Positions 29,122 through 38,188 of a stretch of DNA of 64,000 nt are shown piece after piece. The stretch's first letter is position 1; every line of letters begins with the position of its first letter. The notes below the pieces were generated by a model. The model had not been told where the DNA came from and did no database searches. It worked only from the letters and a program-made list of their open reading frames with translations. The stretch is from Candidatus Omnitrophota bacterium (GTDB lineage: Bacteria; Omnitrophota; Gorgyraeia; B26-G9): positions 14,034 to 78,033 of the forward strand of contig JACQZH010000013.1 in the NCBI GenBank assembly GCA_016213925.1, given 5' to 3'. Both the position numbers and the translations under genes were made by a program.

Positions 29122-30330
29122 ATGAAAGGCAATATTATGAAAATTCCCTTTGGCACTATTTCTATAACAGATAAAGCAAAGATGCTTGTCAATGAGGCTC
29201 TTGAATCAAAAAAGGTTTCGCAAGGCAAATTTGTTCGTGAATTTGAGGAAAAATACGCGGAATTAGTCGGCAGTAAGGAAGCTGTGGCGTTAAGCAGCGG
29301 GACTGACGCGGATATCCTAGCTTTAGCTGTGCTTTATGATTTTGGCGCTTGCCGCGGGGATGAAGTTATTATTCCGTCGCTTTCTTTTGTGGCAACGGGA
29401 AACGCGGTTTTACAGGCGGGGTTTATTCCTATATTTGTCGATATTGAAAGAAATACTTTAAATATAAATCCGGATAAAATTGAAGCGGCAATAACGGATA
29501 AGACCAGAGCGATTATGCCGGTGCATTTGATGGGAAAACCGGCACAAATGGATAAAATAAATGCAATAGCTAAAAAGCATAAGCTTTTTGTTATTGAAGA
29601 CGCAGCTGAGGCGCATGGTGCTGTATATAAAGGAAAAAATATCGGTACTTGGGGAGATATGGCGGCGTATAGCCTTTACGTCGCGCATATTATTACAACT
29701 ATAGAAGGCGGAGTTGTTGTTACAGACAGGCCTGATTTTGCCGATGTTTTAAGGTCATTGCGTTCACACGGCAGATTTTGTAAATGTAATAAGTGTGTAA
29801 TGAGTACCGGCGCGGTTACTTGTTCGAAACGTTTTAAAAAAGGGCAGGATCTAAGGTTTTTCTTTGAACGTGTGGGCTATTCTTCAAAAATGAATGAGCT
29901 TGAAGCAGCTGTAGGGCTGGGCAATCTTGAAATATATGATGAAATTCTTAGCAAACGCCGGGAAAATCTTAGGTATCTGTTTGAAAATTTTACTCAATTT
30001 GCACCGCTTCTTAATACTATTACCGAAGAAGAATATGAGGAAATTGGGCCACATGCGTTTCCGGTAATTGTCGGAGAAAGAGCGGGCTTTACCCGCGATG
30101 AATTAGTTGAGTACCTGAAAAATAAAGGCATAGATTCGCGTAATTTGTTTTTATCTATGCCTACACAGTGCCCTGGATTTGAGTTTCTTGGGCATAAACT
30201 CGGTGAATTCCCAGAGGCAGAATACGTTGCGGATAACGGTTTTCATATCGGTATACATCAGGATATCGGAGTAAAAGAGTGCCGGTACTTTTTGGATAGT
30301 GTAAAGGAATTTTTGAAAGACAATGCTTAA
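29122..30330 (+). CDS. DegT-family PLP/PMP-dependent sugar-modifying enzyme with a four-cysteine insertion, a candidate E1-type (RfbH/DdhC-like) Fe-S sugar 3-dehydrase
   Basis: DegT-like N-terminal half (GKFVREFEEKYAELVGSKEAVALSSGTDA), then an insertion HGRFCKCNKCVMSTGAVTC (C-x-C-x2-C-x8-C) at about 29770-29825 that ordinary DegT aminotransferases lack. Confidence 0.6.
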   Translation: MKGNIMKIPFGTISITDKAKMLVNEALESKKVSQGKFVREFEEKYAELVGSKEAVALSSGTDADILALAVLYDFGACRGDEVIIPSLSFVATGNAVLQAGFIPIFVDIERNTLNINPDKIEAAITDKTRAIMPVHLMGKPAQMDKINAIAKKHKLFVIEDAAEAHGAVYKGKNIGTWGDMAAYSLYVAHIITTIEGGVVVTDRPDFADVLRSLRSHGRFCKCNKCVMSTGAVTCSKRFKKGQDLRFFFERVGYSSKMNELEAAVGLGNLEIYDEILSKRRENLRYLFENFTQFAPLLNTITEEEYEEIGPHAFPVIVGERAGFTRDELVEYLKNKGIDSRNLFLSMPTQCPGFEFLGHKLGEFPEAEYVADNGFHIGIHQDIGVKECRYFLDSVKEFLKDNA

Positions 30331-30380
30331 GTAGATATTTAGTATAGAATTAAAGCGAACAAATAAGGATTATTTAAAAG

Positions 30381-31088
30381 ATGAAAGCAGTTATTTTAGC
30401 CGGAGGATTTGGAACCCGTCTTAAGCAAACAGTGAAAGATTTACCAAAGCCTATGGTAGATGTGGATGGAAAACCGTTTTTGGAATATCTGGTTTTGCAG
30501 CTTAAGAAGTGGGATATCAAAGAAGTCGTGCTTTGTGTGGGTTATTTAAAAGAGGTTATTAAAGGCTATTTTAATGACGGCAGTAAATGGGGCTTAAATA
30601 TCTCTTATTCTGAAGAGAATTCTCCTTTAGGCACTGGAGGGGCTTTAAGACAGGCAATGTGTTTGTGTAATGAAGATGATTTTCTTGCCATGAACGGAGA
30701 TTCTTTTTTGGATGTAGATTTTGATAAAATCATTTCGTTTCATCGTAAAAAAAGCGCTTTGGCGACTTTGAGCTTAATTAAAGTTGAGGATGTAAACCGT
30801 TATGGAAGGATATCAATCAATGTTGAAAATGAGGTCATTGAATTTTGCGAAAAAGGCAATAGCGGGCAGGGTTTTATCAATGCAGGGGTGTATGTTTTTA
30901 GTAAGGAAATAATTGAGCATATTCCGCTGGGTAAGGTTTCACTGGAACATGAAGTTTTGGCTAAACTTATCAATAAAAAATTTTACGGGGTGGGAATTGA
31001 AGGATTTTTTTCAGATATAGGTACCCCTGATTCTTACAAGCGTATTTCAGAAAATCCGGCCGGTTTATATAACGCATTGGGGTTATGA
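30381..31088 (+). CDS. Sugar-1-phosphate nucleotidyltransferase, short HddC/ManC-N-terminal type
   Basis: N-terminal MKAVILAGGFGTRL..DLPKPM and GTGGAL motifs, about 235 aa. Confidence 0.75.
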   Translation: MKAVILAGGFGTRLKQTVKDLPKPMVDVDGKPFLEYLVLQLKKWDIKEVVLCVGYLKEVIKGYFNDGSKWGLNISYSEENSPLGTGGALRQAMCLCNEDDFLAMNGDSFLDVDFDKIISFHRKKSALATLSLIKVEDVNRYGRISINVENEVIEFCEKGNSGQGFINAGVYVFSKEIIEHIPLGKVSLEHEVLAKLINKKFYGVGIEGFFSDIGTPDSYKRISENPAGLYNALGL

Positions 31089-31095
31089 ATAAAAT

Positions 31096-31665
31096 ATGAG
31101 CAAAACGTTAATAATACTTATAATTTTTATAAATGTTATAGTATTTTTTAACTGCGATATTTTAGTAGGAGGTAATATAGTTTTAGTTCCAAACCAGGGG
31201 CCTGAAATAATTTTCAAAAAGTTTAATCCGACTAAATATTTAGTAAAAGTGCAAGGCGCAAAAAAGCCTTTTTGGCTGGTATTCAGTGAAGGTTTTCACT
31301 CTGAATGGAAGCTGTATAAGTGCCAATCAATTGATTGCGGGCCAGAATTTTTTTCGGAAGTTGATCTGGAATACCCGGATATTAGTGTAAAAGAATCAAA
31401 GCCATTTTTTAAGTTTACTCCGGGGGATATTAAGTTTTTGTTTGAAAAACCTTTTGACATTATTCATGAGGAGGTAAATGAATATTCAAACGGCTGGTAT
31501 ATAGACCCGGATAAGCTTGGGCTGGGAGAGGATTTTACGTTTGTGCTGTTTTTTTATCCGCAAGCGTTTTTTTATCTGGGGTTTTTAATCTCTATTGGTT
31601 CGTTTTTGTGCTGTTTAGTTTGTTATATTACTGGTTTTCTGAATAGAAAAAATCGAGTGAGATAA
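31096..31665 (+). CDS. Small bitopic membrane/exported protein, unknown function
   Basis: An N-terminal hydrophobic signal-anchor and a C-terminal transmembrane helix flank a soluble domain of about 120 aa. Confidence 0.4.
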   Translation: MSKTLIILIIFINVIVFFNCDILVGGNIVLVPNQGPEIIFKKFNPTKYLVKVQGAKKPFWLVFSEGFHSEWKLYKCQSIDCGPEFFSEVDLEYPDISVKESKPFFKFTPGDIKFLFEKPFDIIHEEVNEYSNGWYIDPDKLGLGEDFTFVLFFYPQAFFYLGFLISIGSFLCCLVCYITGFLNRKNRVR

Positions 31666-31685
31666 GTGACCGAAGAAGGGCTATT

Positions 31686-32720
31686 ATGAGCAAAAATGTT
31701 AACGGATATGACTATAATCTGAAATTCAGAAAGTTTAAAGGGCTGGTTTTTAGTTTTGGGTTATCTTTTGCTTTTATAGTTAGTGTCTCAGCGTTTTTTC
31801 TGATTGGAGATATTAGTAAGGAAAAGATTGTAAATATTGAAGGGGAGTTTCCGGTCAGAGGCAATAGTTTCAGCAGAGAGTTTAACTTGCCTGAAAACAG
31901 TGATTATATAGTAAACATAAAATATGCTTCCGGAAATACGGAAATGGAGAGGGTAACTTTAAACGGCAAAATCTTGGAAGGCAGGATATCAAATATATCC
32001 AAAAGCTTGATTTCCAGCAGGTATTTTTATGCGCCTAAAAATATTATTCTTCCTAAAAACAAACTGGAGATAAAGTTTTTTCCTTGCGGGCCGCAGACAA
32101 TTGATTTACGTTTTAGAAATTATCTTACTTTTTTTGCCGAAGGGAACGCGGTGGCGGCTCTTAGAGAAAATCCTTTTCGATTTAACGAGAAATATGCGTT
32201 AATGTTTAATGTGATTTTATTTTTCGCAGCGGTTCTTTTTATGTGGTATTTTATTTTTAATTTTGAAGTTAAATTTCTAGGAATTTCTTTGCAGTATGCG
32301 ATTATTAACAATCTGTTATCTTTTATTTTTCCTGTGTTTTTATGTGTGGTGCTTGGCTTAGTCTCAAAATTAAGCCCGTATTTAGTAATTATGAACAATG
32401 GTTATTTATTACTGGCTTTCATGGTATTTGTCGGAGTGATTAATCTGCTGGTTAATATTATTTGCGTTTATTTTGAAGGGGCTGTTTTGAAAGTTGAAAC
32501 ACTTGAGTTCGCAGTTATAAGAAAATCTCTGTTCTGGTTTAAAAAGTTGTTATTTACCGATAAAATTGTGATAATTTTTATGGCGGTTATTATAGCAGGT
32601 GCGATTATTCTGTGCTTAGGATTGACTAAAATAGCTGAGATTGCGGCAAATACAGCATACTTTTTGATATTAAGTGCGGTTTTATTGCGATTGGTTGGAA
32701 GTGTTGCCTGGAAAGAATGA
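31686..32720 (+). CDS. Membrane protein: an extracytoplasmic N-terminal domain plus a C-terminal polytopic region, unknown function
   Basis: A transmembrane helix near residue 20, a soluble domain of about 130 aa, then at least 5 hydrophobic helices. Confidence 0.4.
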   Translation: MSKNVNGYDYNLKFRKFKGLVFSFGLSFAFIVSVSAFFLIGDISKEKIVNIEGEFPVRGNSFSREFNLPENSDYIVNIKYASGNTEMERVTLNGKILEGRISNISKSLISSRYFYAPKNIILPKNKLEIKFFPCGPQTIDLRFRNYLTFFAEGNAVAALRENPFRFNEKYALMFNVILFFAAVLFMWYFIFNFEVKFLGISLQYAIINNLLSFIFPVFLCVVLGLVSKLSPYLVIMNNGYLLLAFMVFVGVINLLVNIICVYFEGAVLKVETLEFAVIRKSLFWFKKLLFTDKIVIIFMAVIIAGAIILCLGLTKIAEIAANTAYFLILSAVLLRLVGSVAWKE

Positions 32721-35185
32721 AAATGTTTAAAATAGACGCGGTTAAAAATAATAGCCTGGTAATTATTTTTTTTATTTTTTTAAGCCTGGTTGCTACATTT
32801 CCGCTTGTATTGAATTTTTCCGGACAGATTTACGGCGATGCGAAAGATGCTTTGGGTGCAGTTTGGAATTTCTGGTGGATTAATTATGCAAAAATAAACA
32901 AAATCTCTCCGACAACAATTTCCTCATTGGTTTTTCCATTCGGCACTGATTTGAGTTCAGGGATTGATTATCCGGTTTGGAATCTGCTGAATTTATATTT
33001 AACTTATATTCTAGGGGAAATTGCTGCGTATAATCTGCAGATTTTATTTGGATTTATATTTTCCGGACTTGCGATGTATTATCTGGTTTTCTTTTTTACT
33101 AAAGATGTATATGCTTCAGTCCTTAGCGGTTTGATATTTACGTTTTCCCCGTATCATTTTGCGCATGCGTTTGAGCATCTTGGCTTATCTAATATGCAAT
33201 GGGTGGTTTTGTATATTTTGTGCTTATTCAATTTTCAAAGGCAGACAACATATAAGAATGCTGTTATTTGCGGTTTTGCTTTTTCGATTGTAGGATTTTT
33301 TGATTATTATTATTTATATTTTATGCTTATTTTTACAGCTTTATTTTTAGTGTATTGTTTTTTCTATTTTCGCGCTGATTTAAAAGTTTTTGGCAGTGGC
33401 AAGATAAAAGCAGTTTTTTTAGCGGTTGTTAATGCTGTGCTATGCTTGCTCCCGTTTATTTACAATATCGTAAAGCTGTCTTTTTTTGTTCAAAGCGCTG
33501 AAAAGCCGCAAGCATTTACTTATACGCGTCCGTTCGGGCATTTATTTGCTGATTCTGCGCGTTTATTGGACTATTTTTTACCGGCGCATTTCCATCCTTT
33601 TTTAGGCAGAATAACTAAACCGTTTATAGGATCATTTTTATATGGTGATAATCCGCCGGAACAGACGTTGTATTTGGGATTTGTCGGGCTGATTCTGGCT
33701 TTTTTGGGGTGGTGGAAGCGTGGAAAAGGGCGATACCTGGTAGGTTTGTCTGACTTAAAAAAGGAAGAAAATTTCATAATAACTTTTTTTTCGTTTTCAT
33801 TTATTGCGTTTATGATATGTTCGTTTCCTCCGTATCTTGAAATTGGAAAAATTTTCTTACCGTTTCCTTCATTTTTTTTATATAAAATATTTCCGATGTT
33901 CAGAAATTATGCGCGTATGGGTATGCTGGTTTTAATTTCTATGTGTGTTTTGACCGGATTCGGACTGAGATATGTTTTTGATAAAATTGATTCTAGCCGG
34001 AAAAGAGGAATTTTGGTTTGTTTGCTGGGGGTGGTAGTATTTTTTGAATTTCTGCCGTATCCGCCGGTTAGAGTAATTGATGTGAGTAATACTCCGGCAC
34101 TGTATAAATGGCTTAAAAACCAGCCGGCAGATACTGTTATCGCGGAATATCCTTTGGACGCTGATATTCGCGCGTATATTTTGTATCAGCGTGTCCATGA
34201 GAAAAAGCTGATTAACGGTGCGCTGCCTGGTACATATGCTTATGAAGTTTTTCAAAAAATAATTGATATTGAAAACCCGAATACAGCAGGTATTTTAAGT
34301 TTTCTCGGAGCAAAATATATTATTATTCATAAGGATAGATACCAGGCTTATGAAGGAGGTAATGTTTTGGGAAGAGCCCCTGATTTAAGCGCACAAGCTT
34401 CATTTAGGCTGGTTAAAAGTTTTGGCCCGGCAGATGTTTATGAAATAAATGCAGAAAAAATTGATCCTAAAACTGTAAAGGTAAAAGAAGCGCAAAAGGA
34501 TATTTTAGAAAATAGCAGGTATCAAAAAGAAAAAAATAACGAATGTGAAAGTCTTAATAACAGCGTATACCAGGTCAATTATTTCTGGTTTATCCCTGCT
34601 TTTGACGTCAATATCTGCAAAAGAGAAAATATTGCGGATATATCCACGGCAGTTTTAATTGCGCAGGTTAAGAGTACGGATTTTTTCTCGAATTTTTTTA
34701 AAATGAAAGGAAAGTATGTTTCGGTTTTTGATGTTAAAAATTTATATCCGCTCGAATACAGTGAAGAGGTATTAATAAAGGAGAATAAAAAAAGGGAAAA
34801 ACATGTGGTTTTTGACCATAAAAATCTTTTTATGCAGGCAAAGGATAAAATGGTCAATATATTCCCCGGAACACAGGACCCTGTTTCTATGTTCTTTTTT
34901 ATTCCGGAGCAACAGTTTGAAAAGCACAAAAAGATTATAACTTATGTCAATCCGGGTAAATCTAATTATAAAATGCAGATGGAAGTTATCGGTAAAGAAA
35001 AGATAACCTTAAATGGCTTTCAAAAAAGCTGCTGGAAAATAGAGGGTGAGTTTTTTAAAGTAAAAGAAACTGATATGAAAATTGGTTCTTTGGTGTTTTG
35101 GATTGATGAGGAATCGCGGAACAGAAAAATCCATCGGCTTCAAATCTATTCTAAAATCGGGGTGCTTAATCTAATACTCAAATAA
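32717..35185 (+). CDS. Large polytopic membrane protein (822 aa), paralog A; candidate GT-C/YfhO-like membrane glycosyltransferase
   Basis: Block-wise identity to the downstream 841-aa gene: YNLQILFGF..YYLVFFFTK, SPYHFAHAFEHLGLSNMQW, FPSFFLYKIFPMFRNYARMG, AEYPLDAD, HKDRYQAYEGGNVLG and a shared C-terminal domain. More than 10 transmembrane helices and a soluble C-terminal domain of about 300 aa. Confidence 0.65.
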   Translation: MKMFKIDAVKNNSLVIIFFIFLSLVATFPLVLNFSGQIYGDAKDALGAVWNFWWINYAKINKISPTTISSLVFPFGTDLSSGIDYPVWNLLNLYLTYILGEIAAYNLQILFGFIFSGLAMYYLVFFFTKDVYASVLSGLIFTFSPYHFAHAFEHLGLSNMQWVVLYILCLFNFQRQTTYKNAVICGFAFSIVGFFDYYYLYFMLIFTALFLVYCFFYFRADLKVFGSGKIKAVFLAVVNAVLCLLPFIYNIVKLSFFVQSAEKPQAFTYTRPFGHLFADSARLLDYFLPAHFHPFLGRITKPFIGSFLYGDNPPEQTLYLGFVGLILAFLGWWKRGKGRYLVGLSDLKKEENFIITFFSFSFIAFMICSFPPYLEIGKIFLPFPSFFLYKIFPMFRNYARMGMLVLISMCVLTGFGLRYVFDKIDSSRKRGILVCLLGVVVFFEFLPYPPVRVIDVSNTPALYKWLKNQPADTVIAEYPLDADIRAYILYQRVHEKKLINGALPGTYAYEVFQKIIDIENPNTAGILSFLGAKYIIIHKDRYQAYEGGNVLGRAPDLSAQASFRLVKSFGPADVYEINAEKIDPKTVKVKEAQKDILENSRYQKEKNNECESLNNSVYQVNYFWFIPAFDVNICKRENIADISTAVLIAQVKSTDFFSNFFKMKGKYVSVFDVKNLYPLEYSEEVLIKENKKREKHVVFDHKNLFMQAKDKMVNIFPGTQDPVSMFFFIPEQQFEKHKKIITYVNPGKSNYKMQMEVIGKEKITLNGFQKSCWKIEGEFFKVKETDMKIGSLVFWIDEESRNRKIHRLQIYSKIGVLNLILK

Positions 35186-35224
35186 GACAGGCTATAATAG
35201 GGGTTATCACTGGAAACAAAATTT

Positions 35225-37750
35225 ATGATAAAAAAAGTTATAATGAAATTGAAGAATAGCCCGGTTATTAAAGTGCATTTATTGGTTATTCTTTTGTATG
35301 TTTTCCTGAGTATCTACGCCACTTTCCCTGTTATTCTTAAGATGAAAACGTCTTTTTACGGCTCAACCATGGATACCCTGGCCTGGATATGGAAATTTTG
35401 GTGGCTAAAATATTCATATTTGCATAATATGGCATCACTGAAGAGCTCGATGATTTCCTATCCTTTTGTTATGAAACTGCCGTTTTTATATCCAATATGG
35501 GACTTTATAAGCCGATGGTTAAGTTTATTTATCGGAGAGATAGCTAACTATAATTTACAGGTACTATTCAGCTTTTTTCTTTCCGGATTATCGCTGTATT
35601 ATCTGGTATTCTATTTTACAAAACATCAATGGGCGGCATTTTTCTGCGGAGCTGCTTTTACCCTTTCTCCATACCATTTTGCCCGTTCATGGGATCATCT
35701 ATGCTTATCTAATATGCAATGGATGGTTTTTTATGTTTTGACGCTTTTTGTCCTTAAAGATAGAAGTAATAACAAAAATGCAGTTTTGCTCGGTCTGTAT
35801 TTTTTGCTGATTGGGCAATTCAGCAGTTTTTATTATAACTATTTTATGATCATTTTTACCGCCTTATTTCTGCTTGCGATAGTATTTTTAAGCAAAGACA
35901 ATTCAGGAAAGCGTGATATAAGGGAGTTGAAAAAAATTATATCACGGATGGGGATCAGCGGCCTGGTTATAATTGCCGGAATGCTGCCACAATTATGGAG
36001 CAGTTTAAGGGCAATATTTTTTTCGGATGTCTCTACAGGGATTGTCGGGGTTATAAGGTATTTTAAAGACTTGTTTTCTGATTCTGCAACTCCTTTAAAT
36101 TATTTTTTACCAGCAGTTTATAACCCGTTTCTAGGCAGAATTACCCAGCCGTTTTTAGGTACTTTCTTGTATGGTGAAAACAGCGGAGGAGAGCAGTCGC
36201 TTTTTTTAGGTTATGTGCCGCTTGTTTTAGCTATATTCGGATTTTTAAAATGGAAAGGCAGAAGAAAAGACAGTCCTGATGCCCGGGGAGAAAATTTCAC
36301 AGTGCCATTTTTTTATTTTTGTTTTTTCGCATTTATGGTTATTTCTTTTAGGCCTTATTGGGGAGATAAAAGCGGGATTATAATTCCTTTTCCATCCTTT
36401 ATCCTTTTTAAAATTTTCCCCATGTTTCGTAATTATGCCCGTTTTGGGGTTTTGGTTATGCTTTCAGTATGTGTGTTAGCAGGGTTTGGATTGAAAGACC
36501 TGATGTGTTCGATTAAGAGTAAAAGTAAAAAAATAATAGTATATTGTTCCCTCTTTTTGGTTATGCTTTTTGAATTCTTAAACTTTCCTCCGTACAGGGT
36601 AAATAATGTTGCTGATGTGCCTGAGGTTTATAATTGGTTAAAAATTCAGGATGGAGATAGAGTTATCGCAGAATATCCTTTAGAGGCAGATGATCGCTGG
36701 TATTTTTATTATCAAAGGACACATGAAAAGAAAATAATAAACTATTTTGTTCCGGGCACTGAATCTGCACAGGTCAGAAAGAAGATTCTTGATATTGAAA
36801 AAGACTATGTTCCCGGAGTTTTGAAATTTCTAGGTGTTGACTATGTTTTTATTCATAAAGATAAATATCTGGCATATGAAGGAGGCACTGTTTTAGGACA
36901 AGTCCCGGATTTGAGCAGGCAATCCGGATTAAAGCTCATAAAAACCGGTGCGGATATAGATGTGTATGAAATAACCGCATATGCCTATAGTCCTGATAAT
37001 GTTCTTATTGAGAAACAGGGAGAAAACGGGCAGCCGGTTACCATTATGCCGGAAACAGAAGTTATAGTCTCCAGAGATAGTCTGGGAAATTTCAGGTTTA
37101 ATGCAGGAACAAAATTAAGTTATGTGATAAAATATTTTAGTATTTTACCGGTTTTGAAATTAGATATAACTATTGACGGACAAGATGAGGGTAGCGGTGC
37201 CCAGGATATTTTAATAAATGCGTTTTTGAGGACAGAGAGATTAATTGAGCCATTTTTTGATTTAGAGGGCAGAGCACAATCTTATTTCGATGGGGCAAGT
37301 TTATGCAGCCGCCGGTATAAAGAAATATTGAAAATGAAAAATCGCAGCGATAAAACACGTGAAATGATTTTTGAGCAGAAGGAACATATTTTGACTGTTA
37401 ACGCTGATAAAAGGAAGATTTATCCATATACGCAGGATCCGCTTTCGCTGATGTTTTTCTTTTCGTCTTTGGATTTTAATAAAATAAAAAATGCCGAAGC
37501 TTTCGTAAACGCCGGCAAGACTAATTATAAGCTGTTGGTAAAGGTTGAGGGAAAAGAGGATATTGAGGTCAATGGCAGGCAATATTCATGCTGGAAGTTA
37601 AGCGGAGAATATTTTAAACTAAAAAAAGGAACGAAAAAGTTTGCTGATCTTACTGCCTGGCTAGAGAACTCAAAAGAGCAGAGGCTTTTATTCTTAAGAG
37701 CCTTCAGCAAGTTGGGGATTATTAGCCTGGAGTTAAAGGAGAACAATTAA
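35225..37750 (+). CDS. Large polytopic membrane protein (841 aa), paralog B
   Basis: See paralog A. The same motif blocks appear: YNLQVLFSF..YYLVFYFTK, SPYHFARSWDHLCLSNMQW, FPSFILFKIFPMFRNYARFG, AEYPLEAD, HKDKYLAYEGGTVLG. Confidence 0.65.
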   Translation: MIKKVIMKLKNSPVIKVHLLVILLYVFLSIYATFPVILKMKTSFYGSTMDTLAWIWKFWWLKYSYLHNMASLKSSMISYPFVMKLPFLYPIWDFISRWLSLFIGEIANYNLQVLFSFFLSGLSLYYLVFYFTKHQWAAFFCGAAFTLSPYHFARSWDHLCLSNMQWMVFYVLTLFVLKDRSNNKNAVLLGLYFLLIGQFSSFYYNYFMIIFTALFLLAIVFLSKDNSGKRDIRELKKIISRMGISGLVIIAGMLPQLWSSLRAIFFSDVSTGIVGVIRYFKDLFSDSATPLNYFLPAVYNPFLGRITQPFLGTFLYGENSGGEQSLFLGYVPLVLAIFGFLKWKGRRKDSPDARGENFTVPFFYFCFFAFMVISFRPYWGDKSGIIIPFPSFILFKIFPMFRNYARFGVLVMLSVCVLAGFGLKDLMCSIKSKSKKIIVYCSLFLVMLFEFLNFPPYRVNNVADVPEVYNWLKIQDGDRVIAEYPLEADDRWYFYYQRTHEKKIINYFVPGTESAQVRKKILDIEKDYVPGVLKFLGVDYVFIHKDKYLAYEGGTVLGQVPDLSRQSGLKLIKTGADIDVYEITAYAYSPDNVLIEKQGENGQPVTIMPETEVIVSRDSLGNFRFNAGTKLSYVIKYFSILPVLKLDITIDGQDEGSGAQDILINAFLRTERLIEPFFDLEGRAQSYFDGASLCSRRYKEILKMKNRSDKTREMIFEQKEHILTVNADKRKIYPYTQDPLSLMFFFSSLDFNKIKNAEAFVNAGKTNYKLLVKVEGKEDIEVNGRQYSCWKLSGEYFKLKKGTKKFADLTAWLENSKEQRLLFLRAFSKLGIISLELKENN

Positions 37751-37819
37751 AAGCGGTTATTCGCGGGAAAAAATTTTATGAATTTTTCTAAAAGTGCTAT
37801 TAAAGAAAGGAAAGTTAAA

Positions 37820-38185
37820 ATGATTTCGATTGCTTTGTTAATTTTAACTGTATTTATTGCGGCGCTTGGACAGATTCTTCTTAAAAAAGGCATGATTACT
37901 GTAGGTGTAATTTCCCAAGATATTACTTTGTTCAAATATTTTTTTAAAGCTTTTACTAATGTGTATATAATTACCGGGATGATCCTGTATTTTTTGGGTA
38001 CCTTTATCTGGTTAGCGGTTTTGGCAAGGGTGCCGCTTAGCATTGCATATCCGTGTTTGGCTTTAGGATATGTTTTTGTGGCATTGGCGTCAAAAGCGTT
38101 CTTTAATGAAGAGATTGCCATGATCCGCTGGGTTGGAATAATAGTTATATGCCTGGGTGTATTTTTAATCTCAAGGTCGGTTTGA
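37820..38185 (+). CDS. Small 4-TM DMT/SMR-like protein (ArnE/EamA-like flippase subunit)
   Basis: About 121 aa with four hydrophobic helices and a GQILLKKGM pattern. An AAAGGAAAG RBS precedes ATG 37820. The ORF-track start at 37778 is probably too far upstream. Confidence 0.55.
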   Translation: MISIALLILTVFIAALGQILLKKGMITVGVISQDITLFKYFFKAFTNVYIITGMILYFLGTFIWLAVLARVPLSIAYPCLALGYVFVALASKAFFNEEIAMIRWVGIIVICLGVFLISRSV

Positions 38186-38188
38186 GCG

